DNA from: Rubrobacter sp.
Lineage (GTDB): Bacteria > Actinomycetota > Rubrobacteria > Rubrobacterales > Rubrobacteraceae
DNA: 45,207 nt
Direction: 5' to 3'
Assembly: GCA_013695915.1 (NCBI GenBank)
Contig: JACCZN010000142.1
Span: forward strand, 1-45,207
The notes under the pieces were generated by a model, which worked only from the letters and a program-made list of their open reading frames with translations, made no database searches and was not told where the DNA came from. The position numbers and the translations under genes are program-made. Positions 18,258-27,677 of this stretch are shown in pieces (the first letter of the stretch is position 1; each line of letters starts with the position of its first letter).

Positions 18258-20456
18258 CTATCGGGGGACCTCCACGACCTCGTAGAACTCCAGCACGTCG
18301 CCCTCCTTGACGTCGTTGAAGTTCTCGACGCCGATACCGCACTCGAAGCTCTGACGGACCGAGCGGACGTCGTCCTTGAAGCGCCTCAACGAGGAGAGGG
18401 TGCCCGTGTAGATCACGGTCCCGTCCCGGACCACGCGGACCCGGTTGTTGCGCGAGATCTCCCCGCTCGTCACGTAACAGCCCGCAACGACCCCGACGTT
18501 CGGGACCCGGAAGATGGCCCGCACCTCGGCCATGCCGGTCTCCTGCTCGGAGGTCTCGGGGGCGAGCATACCGCGCATCGCCGCCTCGATCTCCTCGAGC
18601 GCCTTGTAGATTACGTCGTAGGTCCGTATCTCTACACCCTCGCGCTCGGCGACCTGCTTGGCCGTGTTGGTCGGCCGCACCGCGAACCCGAGCAGGATGC
18701 CGTCGCTCGCCGAGGCGAGCATGACGTCCGAGTCGGTGAGGGCTCCGACGCCGCTGCGCACGATGTTTACCCGGACCTCCGCCGTCGAGAGCTTGGAGAG
18801 AGACTCCTTGAGCGCCTCCACGGAGCCCGCCACATCGGCCTTCACGACGAGGTTGAGGTCCTGTACCCCGCCCTCGCTCACGAGCTCCTCCAGCGTCCGG
18901 CGCGGGCCGCTCTGGGCTAGCTCCTGACGCCGGAGGGTCGCCTCGGCCTGCTCGGCGCGGTCGCGAGCCCTCCTCTCGTGCTCGGTGACCTCGAAGCGCG
19001 TACCGGCCTCCGGGACCCCCGAGAGGCCCAGTATCTCGACCGGCTCGCCCGGCGTGGCCTCCTTTACCCGCTTGCCCGTGTAGTCGAGCATGGCCCGCAC
19101 CCTGCCGTAGGAGGTACCGGCGAGCACCACGTCGCCCTTGTGGAGGGTGCCGCGCTTTACGAGCAGTGTCGCCACCGGCCCGCGGCCCGGGTCCCGCTGG
19201 CCTTCTATCACGAAACCGCTCGCCGCAGCGTTCGGGTTCGCCTTGAGTTCCTCCAGCTCGGCCACTAACAGGAGGTTCTCGACGAGGTCGTCTATCCCCT
19301 CGCCGGTCTTGGCCGAGACCGGCACCGTAACCGTGTCGCCGCCGTAGACCTCCGGTACGAGCTCCCGCTCGGAGAGCTGGCCGAGGACCCGGTCGGGGTT
19401 CGCGTTCGGCACGTCGGTCTTGTTCAGCGCCACGACTATAGGTACGCCCGCCGCCCGGGAGTGCTCGATAGCCTCTTCGGTCTGCGGCATGATGCCGTCA
19501 TCGGCAGCTACGACCAGGACCACCACGTCCGTAACCCTGGCGCCCCGGGCCCGCATCTCGGTAAACGCCTCGTGGCCCGGCGTGTCTATAAACGTCACCC
19601 TCCGGCCATTGCTCTCGGCCTGATAGGCGCCGATGTGCTGCGTGATACCCCCAGCCTCGCCGGACGCGACGTTCTCCTTACGGATGCGGTCCAGGAGGGA
19701 TGTCTTGCCGTGGTCCACGTGCCCCATGACCGTCACCACCGGCGGCTTATCTAACAAGTCCTCCGGAGCGTCCTCTATCTCCTCCTCTTCGACCGCGAGC
19801 TCGGCGATCGCCCCGACCTCTACCTCGGCGCCGAGCTCCTCGGCTATGAGCTCTATCTCCTCGGTCGAGAGCGTCTGGGTCTGGGTCTTCATCTCGCCGA
19901 GACCCATGAGTATCTTGATGATCTGGGCCGGCGGTATACCGAGAGCGTCCGCGAGGTCCTTGACGGAGGCTCCCGGCTCTACCCTTACGGAAGAGGACTC
20001 CTCTTCCTTCGACTCCGGCGCCGCCGCGCTCTGCTGAGGCTCCTTAGGAGCGGCTGGGGCTGCGGTGGGCTTCGGGGCCCGGTTGGTGGCGCTAGAGTCT
20101 ATGACGACCCGGCGGCGCTTCTTGGCGCCCTTGCTGGCGGCGGGCTGTTGGGCCTCGCGCTCGGCCTGCTGTTCGACGGGCTCCTGTGTGGGCGGCGAGG
20201 CGCTCTTCCTGGAGCGCGCCACGTCCCGCTCCTTGTCGGCCTCCTTCTGCTGGGCCTCGGTGCGCCCGTTCTCCGCGGCGCTGCCGGGAGCCGAGCCCTG
20301 GCCGTTGGAGTTCTCCCCGAAGACCCGCTCGTAGGTCCCGTCCTCCACCACGGCGAAGTGGTTCTTGACCTCTACACCCGCATCCTGGAGCCGGCCGATG
20401 ACCTCTTTGGTCTCGAGCGACATCTCCCGGGCTATCTCGTATACGCGCTTGCTCAT
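18258..20456 (-). CDS. infB: Translation initiation factor IF-2
   Basis: [10 protein letters not shown]-domain, [41 protein letters not shown]. Confidence 0.99.
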   Translation of the reverse strand: MSKRVYEIAREMSLETKEVIGRLQDAGVEVKNHFAVVEDGTYERVFGENSNGQGSAPGSAAENGRTEAQQKEADKERDVARSRKSASPPTQEPVEQQAEREAQQPAASKGAKKRRRVVIDSSATNRAPKPTAAPAAPKEPQQSAAAPESKEEESSSVRVEPGASVKDLADALGIPPAQIIKILMGLGEMKTQTQTLSTEEIELIAEELGAEVEVGAIAELAVEEEEIEDAPEDLLDKPPVVTVMGHVDHGKTSLLDRIRKENVASGEAGGITQHIGAYQAESNGRRVTFIDTPGHEAFTEMRARGARVTDVVVLVVAADDGIMPQTEEAIEHSRAAGVPIVVALNKTDVPNANPDRVLGQLSERELVPEVYGGDTVTVPVSAKTGEGIDDLVENLLLVAELEELKANPNAAASGFVIEGQRDPGRGPVATLLVKRGTLHKGDVVLAGTSYGRVRAMLDYTGKRVKEATPGEPVEILGLSGVPEAGTRFEVTEHERRARDRAEQAEATLRRQELAQSGPRRTLEELVSEGGVQDLNLVVKADVAGSVEALKESLSKLSTAEVRVNIVRSGVGALTDSDVMLASASDGILLGFAVRPTNTAKQVAEREGVEIRTYDVIYKALEEIEAAMRGMLAPETSEQETGMAEVRAIFRVPNVGVVAGCYVTSGEISRNNRVRVVRDGTVIYTGTLSSLRRFKDDVRSVRQSFECGIGVENFNDVKEGDVLEFYEVVEVPR

Positions 20457-20466
20457 CTAAAACCCC

Positions 20467-21585
20467 CTACGAACCTTCAACCAGGCCCTCGAACTCGTGG
20501 GCCTGAGCCTGATGAGAGGCGATGCCGCAGAACAGGGAGCCGGAGAGCGCGGTGTTCGCGCAGCGCCGACCGTTGGAGAGCACCGCGCGGCAGCGGTGCA
20601 TCGCGGAGTCCTCCGCAGGTTCCCAGTCCTCTTCCTCGGTCTCGTAATCTATAGCCTGGCTCTCGGGCTTTATGTCGATCTTCCAGTCTGACAGCTTCAC
20701 GGCGAGCCGCGCGTTCTGACCCTCCCGGCCGATAGCCAGGGAGAGCTGGTCATCGGGCACTATGACCTCGGCCTGCTCCTCCTCCTCGTCCAGGTAGACC
20801 TCCCGCACGCGGGCCGGCGAGAGCGCCTTTGCTATAAAGCGCGCCGGGTCCGGGTCCCACTGAATGATGTCTATCTTCTCGTTGCGGAGCTCGGAGACCA
20901 CCGCCCGGACGCGGCTGCCCCGCGGCCCGACGCAGGCCCCGACCGGGTCTATGCCCTGCTCGTTGGAGTGCACCGCGACCTTGGAGCGCAGCCCCGCCTC
21001 TCGCGCCACCGCCTTGATCTCGACATAGCCGTCGTAGATCTCAGGCACCTCGAGCTCGAAGAGGCCCTTCAGAAGCCCCTCGTGCCGGCGGCTGACGGTG
21101 AGGCTCGGCCCGCGGCCCGGCTCCCGCAACTCCAGGAGGTAGACCTTTATCCGCTGGCCGTTCTCGTAGCGCTCGTTCGGGACCTGCTCGCTCGCCGGCA
21201 ACAGCGCCTCGACCCGGCCGAGGTCCACGAGCGTCATGCGCCGGTGGGACTGCTGAACGATCCCGGTAACGATATCGCCCATGCGGTCGCCGTACTCCTC
21301 GAGGAGCTGGTCGTTGTGGATCTCGTTGAGCCGCTGGTAGAAGGTCTGGCGCATGACCTGGGCCGCTATGCGGGTAAAGTCCGCGGGCGTTATGTCCTCG
21401 CCCTCCTTTACCACCCGGAGGTCGCCGCTCTCCGCGTCGAGGACCACCTCGGCACCTTCCTCGGCACCCTCGCGTCCCTCGTAAGCCGCGAGCAGGGACT
21501 CCTCCAGTACCGCCTTGACGGTCGGAAAGGGTATGCCCTTGTCCGTCTCTATCTCGTGTAGGGCTGACAGCAGTGCGGTGTTCAT
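20467..21585 (-). CDS. nusA: Transcription factor NusA with C-terminal Cys3His extension
   Basis: FTRIAAQ, FELEVPEI, AREAGLRSKVAV, DPVGACVG, LSLAIGREGQNARLA; tail RCRAVLSNGRRCANTALSGSLFCGIASH. Confidence 0.98.
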   Translation of the reverse strand: MNTALLSALHEIETDKGIPFPTVKAVLEESLLAAYEGREGAEEGAEVVLDAESGDLRVVKEGEDITPADFTRIAAQVMRQTFYQRLNEIHNDQLLEEYGDRMGDIVTGIVQQSHRRMTLVDLGRVEALLPASEQVPNERYENGQRIKVYLLELREPGRGPSLTVSRRHEGLLKGLFELEVPEIYDGYVEIKAVAREAGLRSKVAVHSNEQGIDPVGACVGPRGSRVRAVVSELRNEKIDIIQWDPDPARFIAKALSPARVREVYLDEEEEQAEVIVPDDQLSLAIGREGQNARLAVKLSDWKIDIKPESQAIDYETEEEDWEPAEDSAMHRCRAVLSNGRRCANTALSGSLFCGIASHQAQAHEFEGLVEGS

Positions 21586-22014
21586 CTATATGTCCTCTCT
21601 GAGGTACGCACGGGTGACGGCGCTGAACGGCAGCTCCACCTCCGCCTCCTCGGGGAGTTTTAGGGTAAAACTCTTCTCTGTGACCCGCTCTATTACCCCG
21701 GTGAAGTTCCTCCGGCCGTCTACCGGCTCACCGACCTTTACCTTCGCCTCGTGACCGGCGAAGCGCCTGTAGTGCTCCGGCCTGGTGAGCGGGCGCTCTA
21801 TGCCGGGAGAGGAGATCTCAGCCGGACCGTCGTACCCGGCCTCCTCGAGCCGCGGGGAGACGATGGAGGCGATGCGCGTGCAGAACTCGTGGTCCGCCGG
21901 TCCGTCCCACCGGTCCACGAGCAGGGTCAGCACCGAGCCCCCGGAGAACCGGGCCTCTACTAGCTCCGCTTCCTCCGGCAGCGACCTCTCAACGACCTCC
22001 GCCAATCTCTCCAA
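21586..22014 (-). CDS. rimP: Ribosome maturation factor RimP
   Basis: EISSPGIERPL...HYRRFAG motif; upstream of nusA. Confidence 0.93.
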   Translation of the reverse strand: MERLAEVVERSLPEEAELVEARFSGGSVLTLLVDRWDGPADHEFCTRIASIVSPRLEEAGYDGPAEISSPGIERPLTRPEHYRRFAGHEAKVKVGEPVDGRRNFTGVIERVTEKSFTLKLPEEAEVELPFSAVTRAYLREDI

Positions 22015-22047
22015 CCGTCCCGTACGCGCTCACCTTCTAAAGACGTT

Positions 22048-22078
22048 AAAAAAGCAACGGGCCCGAAGACCCCTTGCT
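22048..22078 (-). terminator. rimP-leader intrinsic terminator (attenuator of the rimP-nusA-infB operon)
   Basis: AGCAAGGGGTC-TTCG-GGCCCGTTGCT-TTTTT: cUUCGg hairpin plus U tract between promoter and rimP. Confidence 0.8.
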
Positions 22079-22095
22079 CCAGTACAACACCTTTA

Positions 22096-22123
22096 ATTGT
22101 ACAGTAACGCATCTAGGTTACAA
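22096..22123 (-). promoter_or_regulatory. Sigma-70-type promoter of the rimP operon
   Basis: TTGTAA-N16-TACAAT. Confidence 0.65.
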
Positions 22124-22199
22124 GGAACGTGGGGCTGCCGACAGAGCCTCCTCTGCGACTCCGGGGCCGCCCCCACAGGTCCGGAGGCGGCCCCGGGGC

Positions 22200-23273
22200 T
22201 TACTTCCAGCCGTCGTTCTCTATCTCCTCGAAGAGGGCATCGAAGATCTCGTCCCGCTCCACCTTGCGAAGAGGCTGGCCCTTGGAGAAGATCACACCGT
22301 CGTCCTTGCCGCCGGCTACCCCGTAGTCGGCGTCCCGGGCCTCGCCGGGGCCGTTGACGATGCAGCCCATCACGGCGACGGTGAAGTGGTCCTCGTAGTA
22401 CTTGAGCTTCTCCTCGACCTTGCCGGCCATCCCGATCACGTCGAACCCGAGGGTCCGCGCGCAGCTCGGGCAGGCGATGACGTTCGGTCCCCGGTGCCGG
22501 AGGTCCAGGGCGGAGAGGATGTGGTAGGCGACCGGTATCTCCTCTACCGGGTCTTCGGCGAGCGAGATGCGGATGGTGTCCCCGATGCCGTACGGGAGGA
22601 GCTGGCCGAGGGCCGCGGCGCTCTTTATCGAGCCGGGCAGCTTGGTGCCCGCCTCTGTTACGCCGAGGTGCAGCGGCGCGTCGGAGTGCTTGCGGAACTC
22701 GCGGTTCGCCTCGACCATCTCGGGGACGTGGCTCGCCTTCAGAGAGACCTTGAAGTTATAGAAGCCCATCTCCTCGGCGATCTCGACCTTCTGCAAGGCG
22801 CTCGCCACCAGGGCCTCGACCTTGGGCATCTCCCAGTAACGCCGCTCTACCGAGCCGGAGTTGACGCCGATGCGCATGGCCGTGCCGGTCTGGCGGCACT
22901 TCTCGATCACCTCGCGGTAGCGGTCGTCGTTGCCGATGTTGCCCGGGTTGATCCTGACACACGCCGCCCCCGCGTCGGCCGCGCCGAGGGCCATCCGGTA
23001 GTCGAAGTGGATGTCGGCTATAAGGGGCACCGGAGACCGCCACACGACCTCCCTGAAGCCTTTCAGAGCCTTGGAGCCGTTGACGGAGACCCGGACGAGG
23101 TCGGCGCCCGCAGCATTCAGGTCGTAGACCTGCTGGACGGTCTCCTCGACCTCGTAGGTCATGGTGTTCGTCATGGACTGGACCGCGACCTGGGCGCCGC
23201 CGCCTATCGGCACGCCGCCGACCGTGATCTGGCGGCTCGTCACCGGGCGCTCCCCTACCGCTGTCTCCGTCAT
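22200..23273 (-). CDS. ispG: 4-hydroxy-3-methylbut-2-en-1-yl diphosphate synthase
   Basis: VQSMTNT, ADIHFDY, RINPGNIG, HLGVTEAG, GIGDTIRISL, CPSCAR, MGCIVNGPGEA. Alternative start 23291. Confidence 0.98.
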   Translation of the reverse strand: MTETAVGERPVTSRQITVGGVPIGGGAQVAVQSMTNTMTYEVEETVQQVYDLNAAGADLVRVSVNGSKALKGFREVVWRSPVPLIADIHFDYRMALGAADAGAACVRINPGNIGNDDRYREVIEKCRQTGTAMRIGVNSGSVERRYWEMPKVEALVASALQKVEIAEEMGFYNFKVSLKASHVPEMVEANREFRKHSDAPLHLGVTEAGTKLPGSIKSAAALGQLLPYGIGDTIRISLAEDPVEEIPVAYHILSALDLRHRGPNVIACPSCARTLGFDVIGMAGKVEEKLKYYEDHFTVAVMGCIVNGPGEARDADYGVAGGKDDGVIFSKGQPLRKVERDEIFDALFEEIENDGWK

Positions 23274-23309
23274 CTCTCTCCAATCGTACATATCAGCTTC
23301 GCACCACGG

Positions 23310-23319
23310 ATTATATACA
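23310..23319 (-). promoter_or_regulatory. -10 promoter element for ispG
   Basis: TGTA-TATAAT in the rseP-ispG spacer. Confidence 0.5.
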
Positions 23320-23360
23320 AGGCGACCACCCGGAGAGGAGAGACAATTTACTCCCGGGAG

Positions 23361-24407
23361 CTACTCCGGGATGAACGGTTCCCCGGAGATGAGCCGGCTC
23401 ACATCCGAGTACGTGACGACCAGCATCAGCGTAATCAACAGCATGATGAAGACGAAGGCGATCTTGCCCATGGTCTCCTCGTTGACCCGCCGTCCGCGCA
23501 GCTTCTCGACCGCGATCATCAAGAGGTGTCCCCCGTCGAGCGGGAGTATCGGCAGCAGGTTCATTATCGCGAGGATCAGGCTGATCAAGGCGAAGAACTG
23601 GATGTAGGGCGCGATGCCGGCCGAGGCTACCTCGTCGCTCACCGCGACTATCCCCACGGGACCGGAGGCGGCGTCGAAGAAGTTGATCTGGCCCGTTACG
23701 AGCTGTATCAGCCCGTCCACGTACGCCACCGAGATCTGGCCGGTCTGCACCGCACCGGCCACCAGGGCCTCCAGCGGTCCGGCACTCCCCGGCTCCGGGC
23801 CTATGCCGACCAACGGCTGCTCGGGGTCCTGCTCGCTGGCCCCGAGCTCGCCGGAGAGCTCCACGGTCTCGCCGCCGCGCTCGACGGTCACGGCCGCCGC
23901 TTCCCCGGGCTCCCGCTCGTTCACGGCCTCGGTGAACGCCTCCCAGCTCGGGGTCTGTTGCCCCTCGAACGCCACGAGGGTGTCGCCCTCCTGCATACCG
24001 GCCTCCGCCGCCATACTCTCCGGCTGCACCTGACCCACCTCGTTGGTCGGGTTCGCGGGGTTGCCTATGACGTAGAAGAGCCCGGCGAGGATAAAGATGG
24101 CCGCGACGAAGTTCACGGCCGGTCCGGCGAAGATGATCAGGGCTCGCCGCCAGGGCGGCTTGGTGTGGTAGGTCTCCGGCCCCTGCTCCTCCTTCTGGCT
24201 CATCCCCGCCATCTTGGCGAAGCCGCCGAGGAGTATCAGGCGGAAGGAGTACACGGTCTTCCCGATCTTCCTCTTGAAGATGGGAGGCCCGAAGCCGATG
24301 GCGAACTCCTCGACATGGACCCCGAGCGCCTTGGCGGTCAGCATGTGCCCGAGCTCGTGGATGGCGATGAGCACGATCAGGCCGAGGATGGTCAGCAGGA
24401 TGGTCAC
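23361..24407 (-). CDS. rseP: RseP/RasP-family M50 intramembrane metalloprotease with PDZ domain
   Basis: HELGH, FAIGFG, AGPAVN, PDZ region, NLLPILPLDGG. Confidence 0.93.
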   Translation of the reverse strand: MTILLTILGLIVLIAIHELGHMLTAKALGVHVEEFAIGFGPPIFKRKIGKTVYSFRLILLGGFAKMAGMSQKEEQGPETYHTKPPWRRALIIFAGPAVNFVAAIFILAGLFYVIGNPANPTNEVGQVQPESMAAEAGMQEGDTLVAFEGQQTPSWEAFTEAVNEREPGEAAAVTVERGGETVELSGELGASEQDPEQPLVGIGPEPGSAGPLEALVAGAVQTGQISVAYVDGLIQLVTGQINFFDAASGPVGIVAVSDEVASAGIAPYIQFFALISLILAIMNLLPILPLDGGHLLMIAVEKLRGRRVNEETMGKIAFVFIMLLITLMLVVTYSDVSRLISGEPFIPE

Positions 24408-25579
24408 CGCACGAGCCCCCTATGGACCTCATGGCGGCCGACGACCGCGAGCGCCTCCTCCCGCGCCCACCGGTCCGCCGACCGCACCGCCTCCAGGCTC
24501 TCCAAAACTCCGAACTGTGGCACGCGGCCCAGTACCTCCTCCGTTACCGTGGCTAGCTCGGGGAATTGTATCCTCCGGTCAAGGAAGGCCTCGACGGCTA
24601 CCTCGTTCGCCGCGTTGAGCGCGACCGGGTACGCCCCTCCGGAACGGCCGGCCTCGACCGCGAGCGGCAGAGACCGGAACACCTCGTCGCGGGGCTCCGC
24701 GAAGGTCCACGTCACGCCGTCGAAGCCGACGGGACCCACCCCGGCGTCTACCCTCTCCGGATACAGGAGGCCGTAGGAGATGGGCAGCCGCATGTCCGGC
24801 GCTGCAGCGTGGAGTATCACCGAGCCGTCGGCCAGGGTCACGCCGCCGTGGACCACCGACTGCCGGTGCACCACGACCTTTATGTCCTCGTAGGGGACAC
24901 CGAAGAGGTGGTGGGCCTCAATTACCTCGAGGCCCTTGTTCATCATCGACGCCGAGTCTATCGTGACCTTGCGCCCCATCTGCCACGTCGGGTGCTTCAG
25001 GGCGTCCTCCGGTGCGGCGTGCCGCAGCTCCTCCGCGGAGAGGTCGAAGAACGGTCCGCCGGAGGCCGTGAGCAGGAGCTTCGACACCTCTTCGCCGCGC
25101 CGCCCGAGCAGGCACTGGAAGATCGCCGAGTGCTCGGAGTCCACCGGTACCAGACGCCCCTCCCCGGCCAGCCCCATCACCCACTCACCGGCGACTACCA
25201 GCGACTCCTTGTTCGCGAGGGCCACCGTGTTGCCCGAACGGAGGGCGCTCACGGTGGTGGCGAGGCCCGCAAAGCCCACGATGCCGTTCAGCACCGTGTC
25301 TACGCGGAGCTCCGCGAGCCTCTCGGAGGAGCCAGCCCCGGAGAGTAGCTCCGCGCCCGTCTCCCCGAGGTCTTCCGGGGCTCCGTCTTCCAGGGCCGCG
25401 TACTCCGGGCGGAACTCCCGTATCTGGCTGCGGAGAAGCCCGGTATTGGAGGATGCGGAGAGGGCCGCGACCTCGAACCGGTCCGGGTGGGCGCGCACGA
25501 CGTCGAGGGCCTGGCGGCCGATGCTGCCGGTCGAGCCGAGGACGGCGATGCGTCTCATGCGGGGAGTGGTCTCATACAA
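24404..25579 (-). CDS. dxr: 1-deoxy-D-xylulose-5-phosphate reductoisomerase
   Basis: LGSTGSIG, LANKESLV, PVDSEHSA, LTASGGPF, HPTWQMG, NKGLEVIEA. Alternative ATG start 25558. Confidence 0.98.
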   Translation of the reverse strand: MYETTPRMRRIAVLGSTGSIGRQALDVVRAHPDRFEVAALSASSNTGLLRSQIREFRPEYAALEDGAPEDLGETGAELLSGAGSSERLAELRVDTVLNGIVGFAGLATTVSALRSGNTVALANKESLVVAGEWVMGLAGEGRLVPVDSEHSAIFQCLLGRRGEEVSKLLLTASGGPFFDLSAEELRHAAPEDALKHPTWQMGRKVTIDSASMMNKGLEVIEAHHLFGVPYEDIKVVVHRQSVVHGGVTLADGSVILHAAAPDMRLPISYGLLYPERVDAGVGPVGFDGVTWTFAEPRDEVFRSLPLAVEAGRSGGAYPVALNAANEVAVEAFLDRRIQFPELATVTEEVLGRVPQFGVLESLEAVRSADRWAREEALAVVGRHEVHRGLVR

Positions 25580-26342
25580 GAAGGAGGATGTAGTATACCG
25601 CAGGCGCGGTAAAGAGCAGGCTGTCTATCCGGTCCAGGATGCCACCGTGACCGGGAAGGGTATTGCCGAGGTCCTTGAGGTCGAGGATCCGCTTCAGGAC
25701 GGACTCGAACAGGTCACCGCTCTGGGAGAACACGGAGATGGCGGCGCCCGCGAGCACGGACTCCAGCGGGGTCAGCCCGATCACCCAATGAGCCACCGCC
25801 CCGACCACGGCCACGGTCAGGACGAGCCCCCCGATACCCCCCTCCACGGTCTTCTTCGGGCTCAGGCTCGGGAACAGCGGGTGGCGGCCGAAAGAGCGGC
25901 CCGCGAAGTAAGCTCCCGCATCGGAGACCCAGGGGCCGACGACCGCGATCAGCACGAATATCACGCCGTTCTCGAGCTCCGCGGTCAGGCCGAGCAGTGA
26001 GAGCGGGGCCCCGATCCAGACGGCCATCAGGAGCAACGCCAGCACCGCCCGGAGGGTCCGCGCCTCCGGCTTGCCGGCGAGCCAGAAGAGCGCCCACGGC
26101 AGCCCGAGCAGCGTCCCGACCAGGATACCCTCGGTATCGTAGGGTATCGAGAGCAGCACCGGCAGGACCCCGGCCCCGAGGGCCGCGGGGAACGGCAGGG
26201 GCCGGAGCGCCTGGGAGAGCTCGTGGGCGGCGAGCGCGACTACTATCAGCACCAGCGCCAGCACCGCCCACCCCCCGAGCGCGATGGCCCCGAGGACCAC
26301 GGGAGCCAGGATCAGGGCGGTGGCGGTGCGCCACCTGAGCAT
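25572..26342 (-). CDS. cdsA: Phosphatidate cytidylyltransferase
   Basis: Multi-TM; SPKKTVEG, GDLFESVLKR..LKDLG..LPGHGGILDRIDS. Confidence 0.96.
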   Translation of the reverse strand: MLRWRTATALILAPVVLGAIALGGWAVLALVLIVVALAAHELSQALRPLPFPAALGAGVLPVLLSIPYDTEGILVGTLLGLPWALFWLAGKPEARTLRAVLALLLMAVWIGAPLSLLGLTAELENGVIFVLIAVVGPWVSDAGAYFAGRSFGRHPLFPSLSPKKTVEGGIGGLVLTVAVVGAVAHWVIGLTPLESVLAGAAISVFSQSGDLFESVLKRILDLKDLGNTLPGHGGILDRIDSLLFTAPAVYYILLLV

Positions 26343-26348
26343 CCCTCT

Positions 26349-27107
26349 CTAGACCCCGCCCCTGCGCCGGGAGCGGGAGGCATAGGACTCCAGGGCCCCG
26401 AGGAACTCCTCCGGGGTGAAGTCCGGCCAGAGGGTCTCCGTGAGGTAGAACTCGGCGTAGGCTATCTGCCACAGCAGGAAGTTCGAGACCCGCAGCTCGC
26501 CGCTGGTCCGGATCACGAGGTCCACCTCCGGGGCTTCCGGCGCGTACAGGTAGCGCGCGAAGGTCCCCTCATCGACCTCTTCGGGGGCGAGCCCCGCCGA
26601 GATCATGCGCCGCGCGGCGTCCACCATCTCCGAACGCCCCCCGTAGTTCAGTGCCACGTACACGTCGATCCGGTCGTTCGCGGCGGTCAACTCCTCGGCC
26701 TCCCGCGCCGCAGCCCGGACGGACTCGGGCAGACGCTCCGTCCGGCCGACGAACCGCAGGCGCGCCCCGCGCTCGTTGAGCTCCGGCACCTTGCTCTTTG
26801 CCTTCTCCAGGAACAGACCCATCAGGGTCGAGACCTCGTCCTCCGGGCGGGTCCAGTTCTCGGTCGAGAACGCGTAGAGCGTGACGGCCGACACCCCGGC
26901 ACGGCCCGCGGCATCGAGCAGCGGCGTGAGGACTTCGACCCCGGCGCGGTGCCCCGCGGCCCGCGGCAGCCAGCGGCGCTGCGCCCAGCGACCGTTGCCG
27001 TCCATGATAATGGCTACGTGGCGGGGGGCGCGCTCCTTATCGAGGCGCGAGATTATGCTCTCGCACCGTCCCGGGAGGCTCGGTGGGTTCTTCTGAGCGG
27101 GCTCCAG
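26349..27107 (-). CDS. uppS: Undecaprenyl/polyprenyl diphosphate synthase
   Basis: PRHVAIIMDGNGRWA, YAFSTENW, LNYGGR, DLVIRTSGELRVSNFLLWQ. Conserved PRHVAII lies upstream of ATG 27005; the frame is open back to the frr stop, with CTG at 27107 8 nt after GGAGG. Confidence 0.95.
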   Translation of the reverse strand: MEPAQKNPPSLPGRCESIISRLDKERAPRHVAIIMDGNGRWAQRRWLPRAAGHRAGVEVLTPLLDAAGRAGVSAVTLYAFSTENWTRPEDEVSTLMGLFLEKAKSKVPELNERGARLRFVGRTERLPESVRAAAREAEELTAANDRIDVYVALNYGGRSEMVDAARRMISAGLAPEEVDEGTFARYLYAPEAPEVDLVIRTSGELRVSNFLLWQIAYAEFYLTETLWPDFTPEEFLGALESYASRSRRRGGV

Positions 27108-27110
27108 GAC

Positions 27111-27677
27111 TCAGACCTCCAGAAGCTCGGCTTCTTTGTCGGCCAGCGCCGCGTCTATGCGGGCCACGTGAGAGTCCGTGAGCCTCTGTAGCTCGGCCTC
27201 CGAGCGGTGCTCCTCGTCCTCAGAGACCTCACCCTCCCGGCGGAGCTCCGAGATGTCCCGCATCTCGTCCCGCCGCACGTTCCGTACGGAGACCCGCGCA
27301 TCTTCGGCCATCGCCCGGGCCCTTTTGGTCATCTCCCGCCGCCGGTCCTCGGTCAGCTCCGGGATGGGTAGACGGATGATCTTGCCGTCGTTCTGCGGGT
27401 TGAGGCCGATGTCCGCGTGCTCTATGGCCCGCTCGATGGCCTTCATGGTACCCGGGTCGAAAGGCGTCACCGTCAGCAGGCGCGCCTCAGGCACGTTCAC
27501 GCTCGCCACGCTCTTCAGGGGCATCGTGGAGCCGTACGCCTCGACCTCTACCCGGTCCAGGATGGAAGGGCTCGCCCGCCCGGTGCGGATGCTCGAAAAG
27601 TCCCGCCTGACGGACTCCACGGCACCCTGCATCCGGCGGGCCGCCGCCGTCAGGTCAATGTTCTCCGACATGCTCAT
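27111..27677 (-). CDS. frr: Ribosome recycling factor
   Basis: IRTGRAS, GLNPQNDG, PELTEDRR, RVSVRNVRR. Second ATG (27671) fits the SD better. Confidence 0.97.
   Translation of the reverse strand: MSMSENIDLTAAARRMQGAVESVRRDFSSIRTGRASPSILDRVEVEAYGSTMPLKSVASVNVPEARLLTVTPFDPGTMKAIERAIEHADIGLNPQNDGKIIRLPIPELTEDRRREMTKRARAMAEDARVSVRNVRRDEMRDISELRREGEVSEDEEHRSEAELQRLTDSHVARIDAALADKEAELLEV

Noticed and set aside
22074-24776. 900-aa plus-strand ORF and other long plus-strand ORFs (e.g. 2030-3526, 12048-13364, 28773-30155, 32357-33856, 38447-39799)
   Set aside because: They are antisense shadows of well-conserved minus-strand genes, expected at high GC, and have no recognisable motifs.
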